Under the pieces are notes generated by a model. The model had not been told where the DNA came from and did no database searches. It saw nothing but the letters and a program-made list of their open reading frames with translations. Position numbers and translations under genes: made by a program. This document shows positions 27,993 to 37,982 of a DNA stretch of 64,000 nucleotides, in pieces; within the stretch, counting starts at the first letter, position 1, and the number at the start of each line of letters is the position of its first letter. The stretch spans positions 1,088,001 through 1,152,000 of the forward strand of contig OZ251219.1 of the NCBI GenBank assembly GCA_965240465.1, written 5' to 3'. Source of the DNA: a bacterium (GTDB lineage: Bacteria > SAR324 > JACQKK01).

Positions 27993-30900
27993 TCATTGGG
28001 GTAGCTGAATGTTGCTTTTGATATTCAATGGTTGAGATTCTGGTACTAGGTGTATTTGGAGGATGCGGGGGTTTGTTTGCAGAGTGTTTTTTAGGATATC
28101 TATAACTTGGTTTTGTGTAATAGATTGCAGATGTTTAGCAAGTAATTGTCTGCGTTGGGGGTTTTCGTGTAGGAAGATGTTCTTAAAGTTGTAGTAAGTG
28201 AGGGAAGCAAGACTGTTGAAGTGTTGAGTTTGCTCAGCGAGGGCATTGGACTTTAGTTGTTCAAATTTGTCTGCGGGGAGGTTTTCAATGTGTTTAACGA
28301 ATAAGGGGATGAAGGCTTGGATTCGGGATTGGAGGTATTCTGAGGAGTATTCAGCTGACTGCACTGCCATAATCAAGGAATTACTTTTGAGTATTGATCT
28401 AGGATAAGCGACGGTATAGTATCCTAGTTGTTGTTCGGTGCGAAGTTGATTAAAGAAAAGTTCATAAAAAGGCGATCGTAAGATGCTGATGACAGATTCT
28501 ATTGTGGGTAGAGATACTTCAGGTGAGAATTGGTAATAATTGAGGGCAAAGTTGTTGCTATGTTTGATTGGATGGTGGAATTGAAAGGTTTTTTTGGAGG
28601 GGATGATTTTTACTGTTGGTGGGATTTGAGTAGTTTCAGAGTTAGGGCTTGGGGCTATTTTGGCAAGCATCTTGGAGGCTTTTTTGGGTGATAGACTACC
28701 GACAATCAGGGCTTCCAGTTGGAATGAGCTGAACACCTTTTGGGCGTATGTTAGGACATCTTCGAGCGAAGTGTTTTTTGAGGCCTCAGCCAGATGGGTC
28801 GGGTGATGGTATGCAGGCAGCAATAGGGGGTATAGGAAGTCTGTAGACTGATTTGCGGGGGCATCGGTTTCTGTATCCAGCCAATCTTTCCTTATTGTTT
28901 GTTTAATACTATCAAAGCGTGCGGTGGAGATGGAAGGTTTCTGCATGTGCTGGATGAGTAGTTCCAACACTTTGGGTAATTGGTCAGAATATCCTTCTAT
29001 TCCCAGGAACATCCCTTTGCTGGAGTATTTTAGATTGTAGCTGATGGCAGCAATGAGTAAGGGATAGCCCAGTTCGTTAAGGCTTTCTAAGACTGTACTA
29101 ATATACAATTCAGTGAGTGCCTGCTGCTGGCGGTTTTTGCCGTGTTGAGGCAAGGTAAATTGCAACATTATTTTAGATTTAGGAGCACGGAAATGCCAGT
29201 CTTCCAGGTGAAATGCTTTTACAGATGGTGTTTGTAGCAACAGGGTAGGTTGAGGAGAAAGAACCTGATTGATAGATTTTTCCAAAGTACTTGTTATGCG
29301 TGGGAGCAGGGTTTTCAATTCAGATTGGAATTCGCCAAAGTTTTTGAATGAGTTTTCTTTCATTTGTGTAAGGGCATTAATTGCCTCGGGGGGCAAATTG
29401 TTTTCTTTGGCTCTTATTAGGGTATCTTCACCGATGTAGGGGGCTGCCGCGCGGTTTAACAAGCGGGTATCTTTAGCGATGAATTTGTTAGGTTGAGGCA
29501 GCTTCCAGCGAGGATCTGGTTCGGCATTGAGCAGCTGTTTATATAAATCGCCAGAGATTTCTTCATAGCTGTAAGAGGTTTTATAATAATAATCGGTTTT
29601 GTTACCTTTAATGTTTTTGTCTGCCAGTATCACCTGCATGCGTTCCGCAGAGAAGTTCTGCATGGCTTCATGTTGTATTTTAGAATTGGGGCGAGTGGGA
29701 CCGTATCTTGCTCGGGGGAGGGAATCAAGAGGGAACAAAACCATGGAACTAGCGTTTCTGGTAGCTACACGTGTGGCACTGGTTTCGTTGTCAAAGTCAA
29801 AATCAAGCTGTGATAGTTGAACATCTTGCTTGAGTAGCCATTCAGGAAGAGGTTGCTTTTTAAGAGCATTAAAAACTCCAATGGTTTTTAGTAGAACCTC
29901 TTGGTACTGCTCTACTCCTTTGGGAGTCAGTTCAATGGACACACTCAGATTAGATCCTCCCAGTGCGTTTATGTATTCGGACGAATGCAAAGCTACTGCC
30001 AGTTCATCTTCCTTTAGCAAAGAAAGCAGGCTACCAGGTCCTTCATGAGCAAGCACATGATTGATAGCCGACAGAGGCTGCTCACGATAGTATTCATTGA
30101 ACCTTTCCAATAAGAAATCAATTATCAGTTCTGGAGAGTCCTTTACAGAACGAACTTTAACAAGCCGTAGTGCTTGCTTTGGTTCAGTACCATAAGTGGA
30201 TAGCTCTAATTTTTTCAGATCACGAACTTCAATGGGAGAAAAATATTTCTTTGTAAGTTCTTCCAAATACTCCAACGGTTGAGGCCCAACTATAGACAAG
30301 TTCATGTTATCGGCTGAATAATGATCAAGAAAAAAGTCATTAAGTACTTTTGGGGTGACATTCTTTAGGCTTTCTGCATTGCCAGTATAAAATCCCCGCC
30401 GAGGATCATCTTCATCATAGATAGAGCGTCTCAAATTATATATGCGCCAGCCATCTGAGCTTATATTTTTCGCATGTTCAGATGCTACCGCTTTAACTTC
30501 TTTATCCGTGTATTCTTCTGATAACAGGGGAGAAATAAAAAATTGTGAGAAACGGTCTAAAGCTCCTTCCAATGCGTTTGGCAAAACCGTAAAGTGGTAA
30601 TTAGTGTGGTCATTAGATGTATAAGCGTTGGCATAGCCACCATTATCAGCCAGGTACCTTGAATAATCGTTATTTTTTGGATATTTCTCAGTCCCCAAAA
30701 ATAGCATATGCTCCAGAAAATGTGCCAACCCTTGATGCTCTTTAGGATTGTGTATAGAGCCAGTCTCCACCGCTAGTGACGCGGCAGAATCAGAGAACCG
30801 GGAATCAGATACCAATATAACCTCCAGACCGTTCTCCAGTTTAAGGATGGAAATTCTTTTTCCTGAGTCCCCCATTTCCCCACGATATAACATCAATAGT

Positions 30901-31010
30901 CCTCCAATTATTCCTGCCAATATTAGTACCCCTAGCAAGACCTGATTGTTTTTCAAGTAATTTTTTGCCTTGCTAGCAACGTTTTTAATAAGTCCCATTT
31001 TGTAGTCCAT
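27993..31010 (-). CDS. M16A zinc peptidase (pitrilysin/insulysin-like) with N-terminal membrane anchor
   Basis: GLAHFLEHMLFLGTEKYP, NAYT, LDRFSQFFISPL, FNQLRTEQQLGY. Confidence 0.92.
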   Translation of the reverse strand: MDYKMGLIKNVASKAKNYLKNNQVLLGVLILAGIIGGLLMLYRGEMGDSGKRISILKLENGLEVILVSDSRFSDSAASLAVETGSIHNPKEHQGLAHFLEHMLFLGTEKYPKNNDYSRYLADNGGYANAYTSNDHTNYHFTVLPNALEGALDRFSQFFISPLLSEEYTDKEVKAVASEHAKNISSDGWRIYNLRRSIYDEDDPRRGFYTGNAESLKNVTPKVLNDFFLDHYSADNMNLSIVGPQPLEYLEELTKKYFSPIEVRDLKKLELSTYGTEPKQALRLVKVRSVKDSPELIIDFLLERFNEYYREQPLSAINHVLAHEGPGSLLSLLKEDELAVALHSSEYINALGGSNLSVSIELTPKGVEQYQEVLLKTIGVFNALKKQPLPEWLLKQDVQLSQLDFDFDNETSATRVATRNASSMVLFPLDSLPRARYGPTRPNSKIQHEAMQNFSAERMQVILADKNIKGNKTDYYYKTSYSYEEISGDLYKQLLNAEPDPRWKLPQPNKFIAKDTRLLNRAAAPYIGEDTLIRAKENNLPPEAINALTQMKENSFKNFGEFQSELKTLLPRITSTLEKSINQVLSPQPTLLLQTPSVKAFHLEDWHFRAPKSKIMLQFTLPQHGKNRQQQALTELYISTVLESLNELGYPLLIAAISYNLKYSSKGMFLGIEGYSDQLPKVLELLIQHMQKPSISTARFDSIKQTIRKDWLDTETDAPANQSTDFLYPLLLPAYHHPTHLAEASKNTSLEDVLTYAQKVFSSFQLEALIVGSLSPKKASKMLAKIAPSPNSETTQIPPTVKIIPSKKTFQFHHPIKHSNNFALNYYQFSPEVSLPTIESVISILRSPFYELFFNQLRTEQQLGYYTVAYPRSILKSNSLIMAVQSAEYSSEYLQSRIQAFIPLFVKHIENLPADKFEQLKSNALAEQTQHFNSLASLTYYNFKNIFLHENPQRRQLLAKHLQSITQNQVIDILKNTLQTNPRILQIHLVPESQPLNIKSNIQLPQ

Positions 31011-31146
31011 GTTTTTAATTCCAAAAGATAAGCTGGACTACCTCCTTCCCAGCATCATCGGTAAATTTATACTACCTACGATTACATTAAATTGATACAT
31101 TTTAGGATACTTAGTCAACTAAATGTTTAACTCATCTCCTTAGGTA

Positions 31147-31644
31147 ATGTCAAAACATATATACATTTCCCTGGGCTCAAACTTAGAACCCAGAAAACAT
31201 CTGCCTGAGGCCATGGCAGGGCTGAAAAAATTGGTCACCGTTCATAACATCAGCCCCACTTATCGAAGTATGCCTTACGGCATTACTGCTCAGCCCCATT
31301 TTCTTAACGTCGTCACCGAGTGCTTTGCAGACTGCACTCCTCTGCAACTGTTGAAACAATTGCTCTCCCTTGAAAAAACCCTGGGGCGAGTTAGAGCTAA
31401 CATTCCTAAAAATGGACCACGCTTAATTGACCTTGATATCCTAGACTTCCAATCTCTCACCATGTCTCACCCCCAACTTACTCTACCACACCCTCAGCTA
31501 CACAAAAGAAATTTCATCCTTAAGCCACTCAGCGATGTCAGCCCCAGCTGGCGACATCCCATCCTAAAGTGTTCAGCCGCAAAATTATTGCAAGATAATC
31601 AAACCAACCCGCCAGTCCGTGAATTCCTCAAACTGAATGCCTAA
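31147..31644 (+). CDS. folK: 2-amino-4-hydroxy-6-hydroxymethyldihydropteridine diphosphokinase
   Basis: YISLGSNL, Q..FLN, E..LGR, GPRLIDLDIL, LPHP..R.F.L.PL. Confidence 0.95.
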   Translation: MSKHIYISLGSNLEPRKHLPEAMAGLKKLVTVHNISPTYRSMPYGITAQPHFLNVVTECFADCTPLQLLKQLLSLEKTLGRVRANIPKNGPRLIDLDILDFQSLTMSHPQLTLPHPQLHKRNFILKPLSDVSPSWRHPILKCSAAKLLQDNQTNPPVREFLKLNA

Positions 31645-31672
31645 GCCAAATGCCTAAGCCAAATGCCTAAGC
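31636..31672. repeat. 13-bp tandem repeat x3 at the folK/DUF805 convergent junction
   Basis: AATGCCTAAGCCA AATGCCTAAGCCA AATGCCTAAGC; contains both stop codons. Confidence 0.9.
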
Positions 31673-32176
31673 AGAGCCAGCATCGGTTTTATCAGCGGAT
31701 GGAATTTGATCAGGTAGCACAGGTTGCTCTGTGGGTTTCTGTTCTTGATTATCAAGCTCATCCTGCGTGTTATCCTTTTCCTGTTGCGAGGGTACATCCC
31801 CATAGCGATTTGCATTTGGCTCGCTGGGTTTGAATAGCAATATCAGGCCGAATATGAAGCTCACCAAGGGAATGAGAAACAATAGGCACCACCAGCCACT
31901 CCAACCAATATCGTGTAGGCGTTGCACTGGAAGGCAAATGATATTAGCCCAGCTGTACAGGAGGTAAAGAGGTAGATATACCAGCAGGAAAAGGTCAGCT
32001 TGGGTTGGAACAAATCCCAAGGCGACCCAGATGAAAAAGAATATAAAGGAGAGCAAAATCTCCCAGCCTAAGAAAGAGAGCCTGTTTCTGCGTCCTGTGG
32101 TGATAAATAAGGAAGCCAATTTTTGTTTCATTGTGTCTTTTACCAGTAATTTAGGTACGAAAATTGGAGTTGGCAA
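31667..32176 (-). CDS. DUF805 family membrane protein
   Basis: TGRRNR..F, VQRLHDIGWSGWW.LL.LIP, NRYG; acidic tail; the start may be the internal Met (MKQKL). Confidence 0.88.
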   Translation of the reverse strand: MPTPIFVPKLLVKDTMKQKLASLFITTGRRNRLSFLGWEILLSFIFFFIWVALGFVPTQADLFLLVYLPLYLLYSWANIICLPVQRLHDIGWSGWWCLLFLIPLVSFIFGLILLFKPSEPNANRYGDVPSQQEKDNTQDELDNQEQKPTEQPVLPDQIPSADKTDAGSA

Positions 32177-32178
32177 AT

Positions 32179-34422
32179 CTAGGTATGGTCAGGGAAATCA
32201 GCTACAATGGAATCAATGTCCTTGTGTAGTTCGGGATGATTTGCTGGAGGTTGTGGTTCGGGTTGTTCTGTTTTGGGTAGTTCAATTGGCTCGGAGAGTT
32301 CGGCAGGATCGGGAGCAGAAGCTACCTCAGGTGATGTTTCAGGGGGAGTATCAATTTTAGACTTAGATGTGCTTTCAGCAGTAGGATTAGCCTTAGGCTC
32401 AGCGGTGGGAGCAGTAGTGGGAGCTTCTGGTTCATCAGTAGCCTTAGCCTCTGGTTTAGCGATAGGAACAGCAGGTTCAGGAAAGGGAATTGGAGCAGGG
32501 AGGGGGTTATGAGAAGGCCCGGGTTCAAATTCTGGAGGTGGCTGGAAGGTATCGTTGGAAGAGAGTAAAGATGGGAGGCGGCGTTTAGTATTTCTGGTGG
32601 ATCTGGGGGTGGCATTTGTGCCTGTGGTGCTGATTTGTTTGGGATCTTTTTTCTCAGTATTTTTGGTGATTTGTTGGCCGCTTGTTTCTTCATTGTCAGA
32701 GGAGTCAGAGATTGAGGAGGAGGGATGGGTGATGCGGTGTAGGACTTGTTGTTTTTCGGCTTGTTCTTGAGCTTCTTTTTGCAAGCAGTCTTGGCGAAAT
32801 TGACGGCATTGTTGAGCTTTTTCTGGTTGTTTTGCTTGCTGATAGAGTTCTGCGAGGGTATCCCAGTGTTGATGGTGGATTTGTTCCAGATCCAGCCAGC
32901 GATAAAAACGTTCTAGCCATTTTTTTTCTTGTGTGGAGCCAGCCAGCCTAGCGACCTTGATGATTTGATTCCAAAGATCAGTGCGATAACAGGTAAGCTC
33001 ATAGAGGCATTCGTAGCAGGCTTCGGCTTTTTCGGGCTGGCTGGCCGAGAAATGTTCCGCCAGCGGCAGCCAACTGGAAGCTTGATTACGGCTTAAATCA
33101 CCAGATTTGCAAAGGCGTACAAAGGTTTCTTGATGGTCTTTACGCTGCTGGGCTAACTCTGCCAGCATATACCAAAGCTGAGGAGAATCGGGTCTGGTTT
33201 GTGAGGCACTCAGCAAGCATTCTTCGGCTTTTTGATATTGATGACGGAATTTTAATCTTTGTCCCAGATGTACCAGAATATCGTGTACTGCGGGATCAGC
33301 AGGGTCTAGTCCTTTGATGCGTGTGTAGACCTCGTCTATGTGACCTTGCTTGAGGAAGACCCGTACTGATTGCTGCTTAATTTTGGTATCATCGGGTTTG
33401 AGGCGTTCCAATTTTTCTAGTACTTGGCGAGCTTCGTTAAATTCGTTCATTTGTTCGTAGATGGCGGCTAGGTCTATCAGGACATCTTCTCTATCGGGGT
33501 GATAGGCAGCCAGCATGCGGAGTACCAACCTTCTGCGAGCAGGATAGCCGCGATCCTTATACCATTTGTTCAGTAATTCCCAAGCTTCCCAGTCTTTCTT
33601 GTTGAGGCGTACTGTTTGCATCAGGGCATGCTCGGCTTGATAATTGCTACGCTGAAAATAAAATTCTCCTAGGTTAAACCAGTAGTCGGGATTTTCAGGC
33701 TGATATTCCACCGCTTGTCGATAAGCTTTTTCAGCCTCTGATTCTTCATCCAGATGGACGAGTACATTGCCCAAGTGAGTCCAGATTTCTGCTTGTTTAG
33801 GATTAAATTCCAAAGCTTTTTGGTAGCAAGTGCGTGCTTGGGCGGGTTCATTAGTGCGGGCGTGCATCAGTCCCAGCAGGTTCCAAACTTCAGCATGGTA
33901 GTTATGCTGCTCTGAAAGCGGTTCTAATAATTGACGAGCTTTGTCAAGTTCTTCACGCTGGAGGTATAATCGTCCCAGTTGTAGCTGGGCGTCCAAGTGA
34001 TTGGGGTCTAAGCTAAGGGCGTTTTGGACGCACTGCAACGATTCGTCAAATCGCTTCATGCTTTCCAAAAAGCCTCCTAGGATCAGGTGTGCCCGCATGT
34101 TTCTGGGATCTACATCCACGGCTGCCCGCAGGGAATTCTCTGCCTCATTGGTTTTACCCAGCGACTGCAAAGCTGTTCCTAAATCCAGCAGGGCTGCCGC
34201 GTAATTGCCATCCAGACGCAGTGCCTGACGATAAAATCCCACCGCATTTTGCAAATCGCCCAATTGAGCATAAACCCGACCACACTGATGTGCATGTACG
34301 GGATTATCGGGTTCTCGGTGTTGCAAACGCAATTGAGCATCCAGCTCATCTAGTAGCTGAGACTCACGGGAAATGCTGGTATTTTCCTCGTCGTTTATTC
34401 CTAATGATTTTTCTAGTACCAA
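32179..34422 (-). CDS. Tetratricopeptide repeat protein with Pro/Glu-rich disordered tail
   Basis: Many TPR motifs (A...LG..Y...G...A...Y..AL.LDP). Confidence 0.88.
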   Translation of the reverse strand: MVLEKSLGINDEENTSISRESQLLDELDAQLRLQHREPDNPVHAHQCGRVYAQLGDLQNAVGFYRQALRLDGNYAAALLDLGTALQSLGKTNEAENSLRAAVDVDPRNMRAHLILGGFLESMKRFDESLQCVQNALSLDPNHLDAQLQLGRLYLQREELDKARQLLEPLSEQHNYHAEVWNLLGLMHARTNEPAQARTCYQKALEFNPKQAEIWTHLGNVLVHLDEESEAEKAYRQAVEYQPENPDYWFNLGEFYFQRSNYQAEHALMQTVRLNKKDWEAWELLNKWYKDRGYPARRRLVLRMLAAYHPDREDVLIDLAAIYEQMNEFNEARQVLEKLERLKPDDTKIKQQSVRVFLKQGHIDEVYTRIKGLDPADPAVHDILVHLGQRLKFRHQYQKAEECLLSASQTRPDSPQLWYMLAELAQQRKDHQETFVRLCKSGDLSRNQASSWLPLAEHFSASQPEKAEACYECLYELTCYRTDLWNQIIKVARLAGSTQEKKWLERFYRWLDLEQIHHQHWDTLAELYQQAKQPEKAQQCRQFRQDCLQKEAQEQAEKQQVLHRITHPSSSISDSSDNEETSGQQITKNTEKKDPKQISTTGTNATPRSTRNTKRRLPSLLSSNDTFQPPPEFEPGPSHNPLPAPIPFPEPAVPIAKPEAKATDEPEAPTTAPTAEPKANPTAESTSKSKIDTPPETSPEVASAPDPAELSEPIELPKTEQPEPQPPANHPELHKDIDSIVADFPDHT

Positions 34423-34470
34423 GGTCTGCTTCTCATAAACAAGTATTTGTCATTGGGACATATTTCAGCA

Positions 34471-34487
34471 TTGGCACATCGCTTGCT
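34471..34487 (+). promoter_or_regulatory. Sigma54 (-24/-12) promoter upstream of csrA
   Basis: TTGGCAC-ATCGC-TTGCT matches TGGCAC-N5-TTGC(A/T) exactly; 150 bp before csrA. Confidence 0.6.
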
Positions 34488-34637
34488 TGGTAACTAGAAC
34501 TGAAACGCTGAGTAATGATTAGGCTTGGCAATAAAAGAGAAATTAACTGCTCCGTTCATCATGCAAAACTTTAACACCAGCATAGCATAAATTCTAAGAA
34601 CCTAACCATTCCTTCATAATCCCAAGAGGTAGCATAC

Positions 34638-34868
34638 ATGTTGATTTTGACCAGAAGGTCTGGTGAGAGCATCACCATTGGAGACGATATTAAAATCCAA
34701 GTGGTGGAAGTAAAAGGTCGTCAGGTGCGTTTGGGCATAGAGGCACCTAAAGATTGCCCTATCCACCGAGAAGAAATATATCTCCGTATCAAGGGAGAAT
34801 CCAGTACGGAGTCCCCGCGGCATGGCTCTTTAGAAAGATTAAAAGAAGTATTGAAGCCAGATGTCTAA
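34638..34868 (+). CDS. csrA: Carbon storage regulator CsrA
   Basis: [45 protein letters not shown]. Confidence 0.97.
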   Translation: MLILTRRSGESITIGDDIKIQVVEVKGRQVRLGIEAPKDCPIHREEIYLRIKGESSTESPRHGSLERLKEVLKPDV

Positions 34869-34898
34869 ACTTCGGTAGCTGTCTAATTCACCAATAAA

Positions 34899-34982
34899 TG
34901 CCCGGGGTGGGACTTGAACCCACACACCCTTTCAGGCGAGGGATTTTAAGTCCCTTGCGTCTACCAATTCCGCCACCCGGGC
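34899..34982 (-). tRNA. tRNA-Leu(TAA)
   Basis: Minus strand GCCCGGG-TGGCGGAATTGGTAGACGC-AGGGA CTTAAAA TCCCT, long variable arm, GTTCAAGTC, CCCGGGC-A; CCA not encoded. Confidence 0.95.
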
Positions 34983-35042
34983 TTTTAACAAGGTACGCAT
35001 CAATTCTAAGTGAGTTCTTGCCTAGCCTTGCTAGCTAAAAGC

Positions 35043-35114
<72 letters not shown>

Positions 35115-35190
35115 CACACTGAGGGGCAGATTATCATAAGGTCATCCTTTACACAATGGGAATGGAGGGATAGGGACATGCTAGGCATAG

Positions 35191-36285
35191 ATGGCAACTG
35201 GTGGGTATTTGCTATATCGGGCGGATTGTGCGATATGTCAGCGTCCGATGTTTAATAATTCTAATATAAAGGTATTGTCCATGGTCTACTTTTGGAAGCA
35301 TATTTTTTTAACACTCTTGTTATTTAATGGAAGTATGGCTTGGGGTCAGGATGAGGTGAATGTGTATAGTTATCGCCAGCGGTTATTGATGCAACCCTTG
35401 TTTGATGTTTTCACCAAGGAAACGGGGGTTAAGGTTAAGGTGGTGTTTGCTCCTAAGGGATTGGTAGAACGCTTGCGTCAGGAGGGGAGTCTTAGTCCTG
35501 CCGATGTGTTATTAACGTCCGATTTTAGTCGTTTGCTGGAAGCTGAGCAGGCAAGGTTACTACAATCGGTGAAGTCAGCAGTTCTCAGGCGGAATGTGCC
35601 GCGTCATTTGCGTGATAAGGATGGGCGGTGGTTTGGGTTGACTGTGCGAGCCCGAGTGTTGGTAGTATCGCGGTCTGCTAAGGGAGAGATCAGGCGTTAT
35701 GAGGATTTGGCAAAAAAGGAGTGGCATGGGCGGATTTGTTCACGTTCGGGGCAGCATTCTTATAATGTGTCGTTGTTGGCATCAATGATTGCTCATCATG
35801 GTGTTAAGGAAGCACGTAGCTGGGCGAGGTCTGTCAGAAGTGGCTTAGCGAGGAAGCCGCAGGGGAATGACCGTTCCCAGTTGAAGGCTATTTGGCAGGG
35901 TCAGTGTGATGTTTCCTTTGTTAATACTTATTATCTGGGGTTGGTGAGTAAGAATCCGAAGCAATCTAGTTGGGGCAAGGGAGTACGGGTGGTGTTTCCT
36001 AATCAGCGAGACCGCGGGACGCATGTGAATATCAGTGGTGGGGGGGTGGTGCGTTATGCTCCTCATCGGAGGCAAGCGGTGCAGCTTTTGGAGTTTTTAT
36101 CGGGCGAGAAAGCTCAAAAGTTGTATGTGGAGGGCAATTTTGAATATCCCGTCAATAAGAAAGTGCCGCTTTCTCCTTTTCTAGAACGGCTGGGGATTTT
36201 TAAGCAGGATCGCATTCCGATAGAAAAAGTAGCTACCCTGCGTGGTCGTGCTGTGCGTATTATGGATGAAGTTGGCTGGGAATAA
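35191..36285 (+). CDS. Fe(3+) ABC transporter substrate-binding protein (FbpA/FutA-like)
   Basis: VNVYSYRQ, EG..SPADVL, WFGLTVRARV, RSG.H.YN, PQGNDR, NTYY, GTHVNISG; the likely start is the ATG at 35281 (signal peptide). Confidence 0.93.
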   Translation: MATGGYLLYRADCAICQRPMFNNSNIKVLSMVYFWKHIFLTLLLFNGSMAWGQDEVNVYSYRQRLLMQPLFDVFTKETGVKVKVVFAPKGLVERLRQEGSLSPADVLLTSDFSRLLEAEQARLLQSVKSAVLRRNVPRHLRDKDGRWFGLTVRARVLVVSRSAKGEIRRYEDLAKKEWHGRICSRSGQHSYNVSLLASMIAHHGVKEARSWARSVRSGLARKPQGNDRSQLKAIWQGQCDVSFVNTYYLGLVSKNPKQSSWGKGVRVVFPNQRDRGTHVNISGGGVVRYAPHRRQAVQLLEFLSGEKAQKLYVEGNFEYPVNKKVPLSPFLERLGIFKQDRIPIEKVATLRGRAVRIMDEVGWE

Positions 36286-36320
36286 ATTTAGGCCAAGAAA
36301 AGGGAAGATATTACTAATAG

Positions 36321-36962
36321 ATGAAATGTACGGTTGTCAATCTTAGTCTTCTTTTTGAAGGACAATACAGGGAGAAAATACAGAGGGGATTACCCGAACT
36401 GTTCCGAATTGCTAATCTGGAGTGTACCAGGGGAGGTAAGGTGGGTATGGAGGTAGGTAATCTGCGCGAACGGATTGTCACTGCTCTTTTGGTACTTGCT
36501 TATGGAAAAAAGAGGGTTTCATTTCCTGCTACCACTTCACCTGAGTCGGATGTTTTTTTGGATGGCAAACCTATATCCATCAAGACGAAAACAGGCCAGA
36601 GCTTATCAGGAGTCAAGTTAATGTGGGCTACAGATTGGGATACATCCGATCAGTTTTGTAGTCAATACTGCCCCACAGTTGGTATTATATATGTCAATAT
36701 AAGATGGAATGACACCGGATGTTTTTCTTTTATTCCTCTTGAGGTGCAACAAGATGTGTTTCTTGATTTGAAGAACGGCTATATTAAGGAACCATCCAAA
36801 GGTACTAACTCACGCGGTGCCGAGTTATCTGCAGAAGCATTGAGGAACCTTCTTAAAGACAAACGGACATTACAGATTCCTATATTCTGGAATAACGAAG
36901 ACCCAAACACGAATGAATATAAGGTATATGAAAAGTGGATTGACAAATGGAAGGAGTTTTGA
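36321..36962 (+). CDS. ThaI-family type II restriction endonuclease
   Basis: LPELF..A.LE..RGGKVGMEVG.LRER, PESDV..ISIKT (PD-(D/E)xK-like) and GTNSRG.ELS, recalled as ThaI-family motifs; coupled to a methyltransferase. Confidence 0.75.
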   Translation: MKCTVVNLSLLFEGQYREKIQRGLPELFRIANLECTRGGKVGMEVGNLRERIVTALLVLAYGKKRVSFPATTSPESDVFLDGKPISIKTKTGQSLSGVKLMWATDWDTSDQFCSQYCPTVGIIYVNIRWNDTGCFSFIPLEVQQDVFLDLKNGYIKEPSKGTNSRGAELSAEALRNLLKDKRTLQIPIFWNNEDPNTNEYKVYEKWIDKWKEF

Positions 36963-37849
36963 TGGTTGAGTCTTTTGGTGTTAAAAAGCGGGTAGGGCAT
37001 AATTCCAAGGATTTTTATCAAGGGAAGATGTATGGACATGTTCGCCCTTTGAAAAATTCTGCCTCTGAGTATGTAGAAAATAACAATGTAAGATGCAATG
37101 TCATTTATAATGGCGATAGCAGGAACATGGAGCATGTTAAATCTTCGTCGGTGCATTTGATGGTGACCTCCCCACCTTATAACGTGGGAAAAGCATACGA
37201 TGAGAATTTAACAATCGCCGAATACAAGGATTTACTAAAAGATGTCTTTCAAGATACCTACCGGGTGCTTGTGGATGGTGGAAGGGCTTGCATCAATATA
37301 GCTAATGTGGGACGGAAACCTTATATTCCTCTTCATGCCATTGTCGTAAATATTATGGATGATATCGGCTATTTAATGCGCGGAGAAATTATTTGGCAAA
37401 AAGGTGCCAGTGCTGGTGTCTCCTGTGCTTGGGGAAGCTGGTGTTCAGCCAGTAACCCAGTCTTGCGAGACACTCATGAGTACATCCTTATTTTTTGCAA
37501 GAATTCATTTGATAGAAAATCACAATCTGAATCTAGCATTCAGCGTGATGAGTTCATGGCTGCTACCAAAAGTGTTTGGGAATTTCCTGCCGAGAGTGCC
37601 AAGCGAGTAAATCATCCGGCTCCATTTCCAGTTGAATTGCCTCGCCGTCTCATTGAGCTTTATTCTTTCGCGGGCGACGTTGTTCTTGATCCGTTCATGG
37701 GTAGTGGCACTACAGCAGAAGCAGCTGTGATAAGCAATCGCGACTATATTGGGTACGATAATAATGAAGAATATGTGAAAATTGCTAGAGACAGACTTTC
37801 AAGGCTTTCTCTTCCCATTTTTAGTAATAATTTGGGGGTGGTGCGTTGA
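36962..37849 (+). CDS. Site-specific amino (N4-C/N6-A) DNA methyltransferase, beta class
   Basis: VTSPPY precedes HPAPFP..LP.RLI..YS..GD.VLDPFMGSGTT; ATG overlaps the REase stop (TGATG). Confidence 0.92.
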   Translation: MVESFGVKKRVGHNSKDFYQGKMYGHVRPLKNSASEYVENNNVRCNVIYNGDSRNMEHVKSSSVHLMVTSPPYNVGKAYDENLTIAEYKDLLKDVFQDTYRVLVDGGRACINIANVGRKPYIPLHAIVVNIMDDIGYLMRGEIIWQKGASAGVSCAWGSWCSASNPVLRDTHEYILIFCKNSFDRKSQSESSIQRDEFMAATKSVWEFPAESAKRVNHPAPFPVELPRRLIELYSFAGDVVLDPFMGSGTTAEAAVISNRDYIGYDNNEEYVKIARDRLSRLSLPIFSNNLGVVR

Positions 37850-37982
37850 CATACTTTGCTTATGTTTAATGAATAGCTTTCCTATCCACTAGTTTCAGCG
37901 ACCATTGATTCAAGAAAATATAAGACCGTCATTCCTTTTGAGGTGTAGCAGTTGGAGAAGCTAGATTAGAATTTTTGTTAAA

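Noticed and set aside
35120-35280. Fur box upstream of the iron-binding protein gene (also checked 39810-39840)
   Set aside because: Only loose AT-rich similarity to GATAATGATAATCATTATC; not distinguishable by eye from background.
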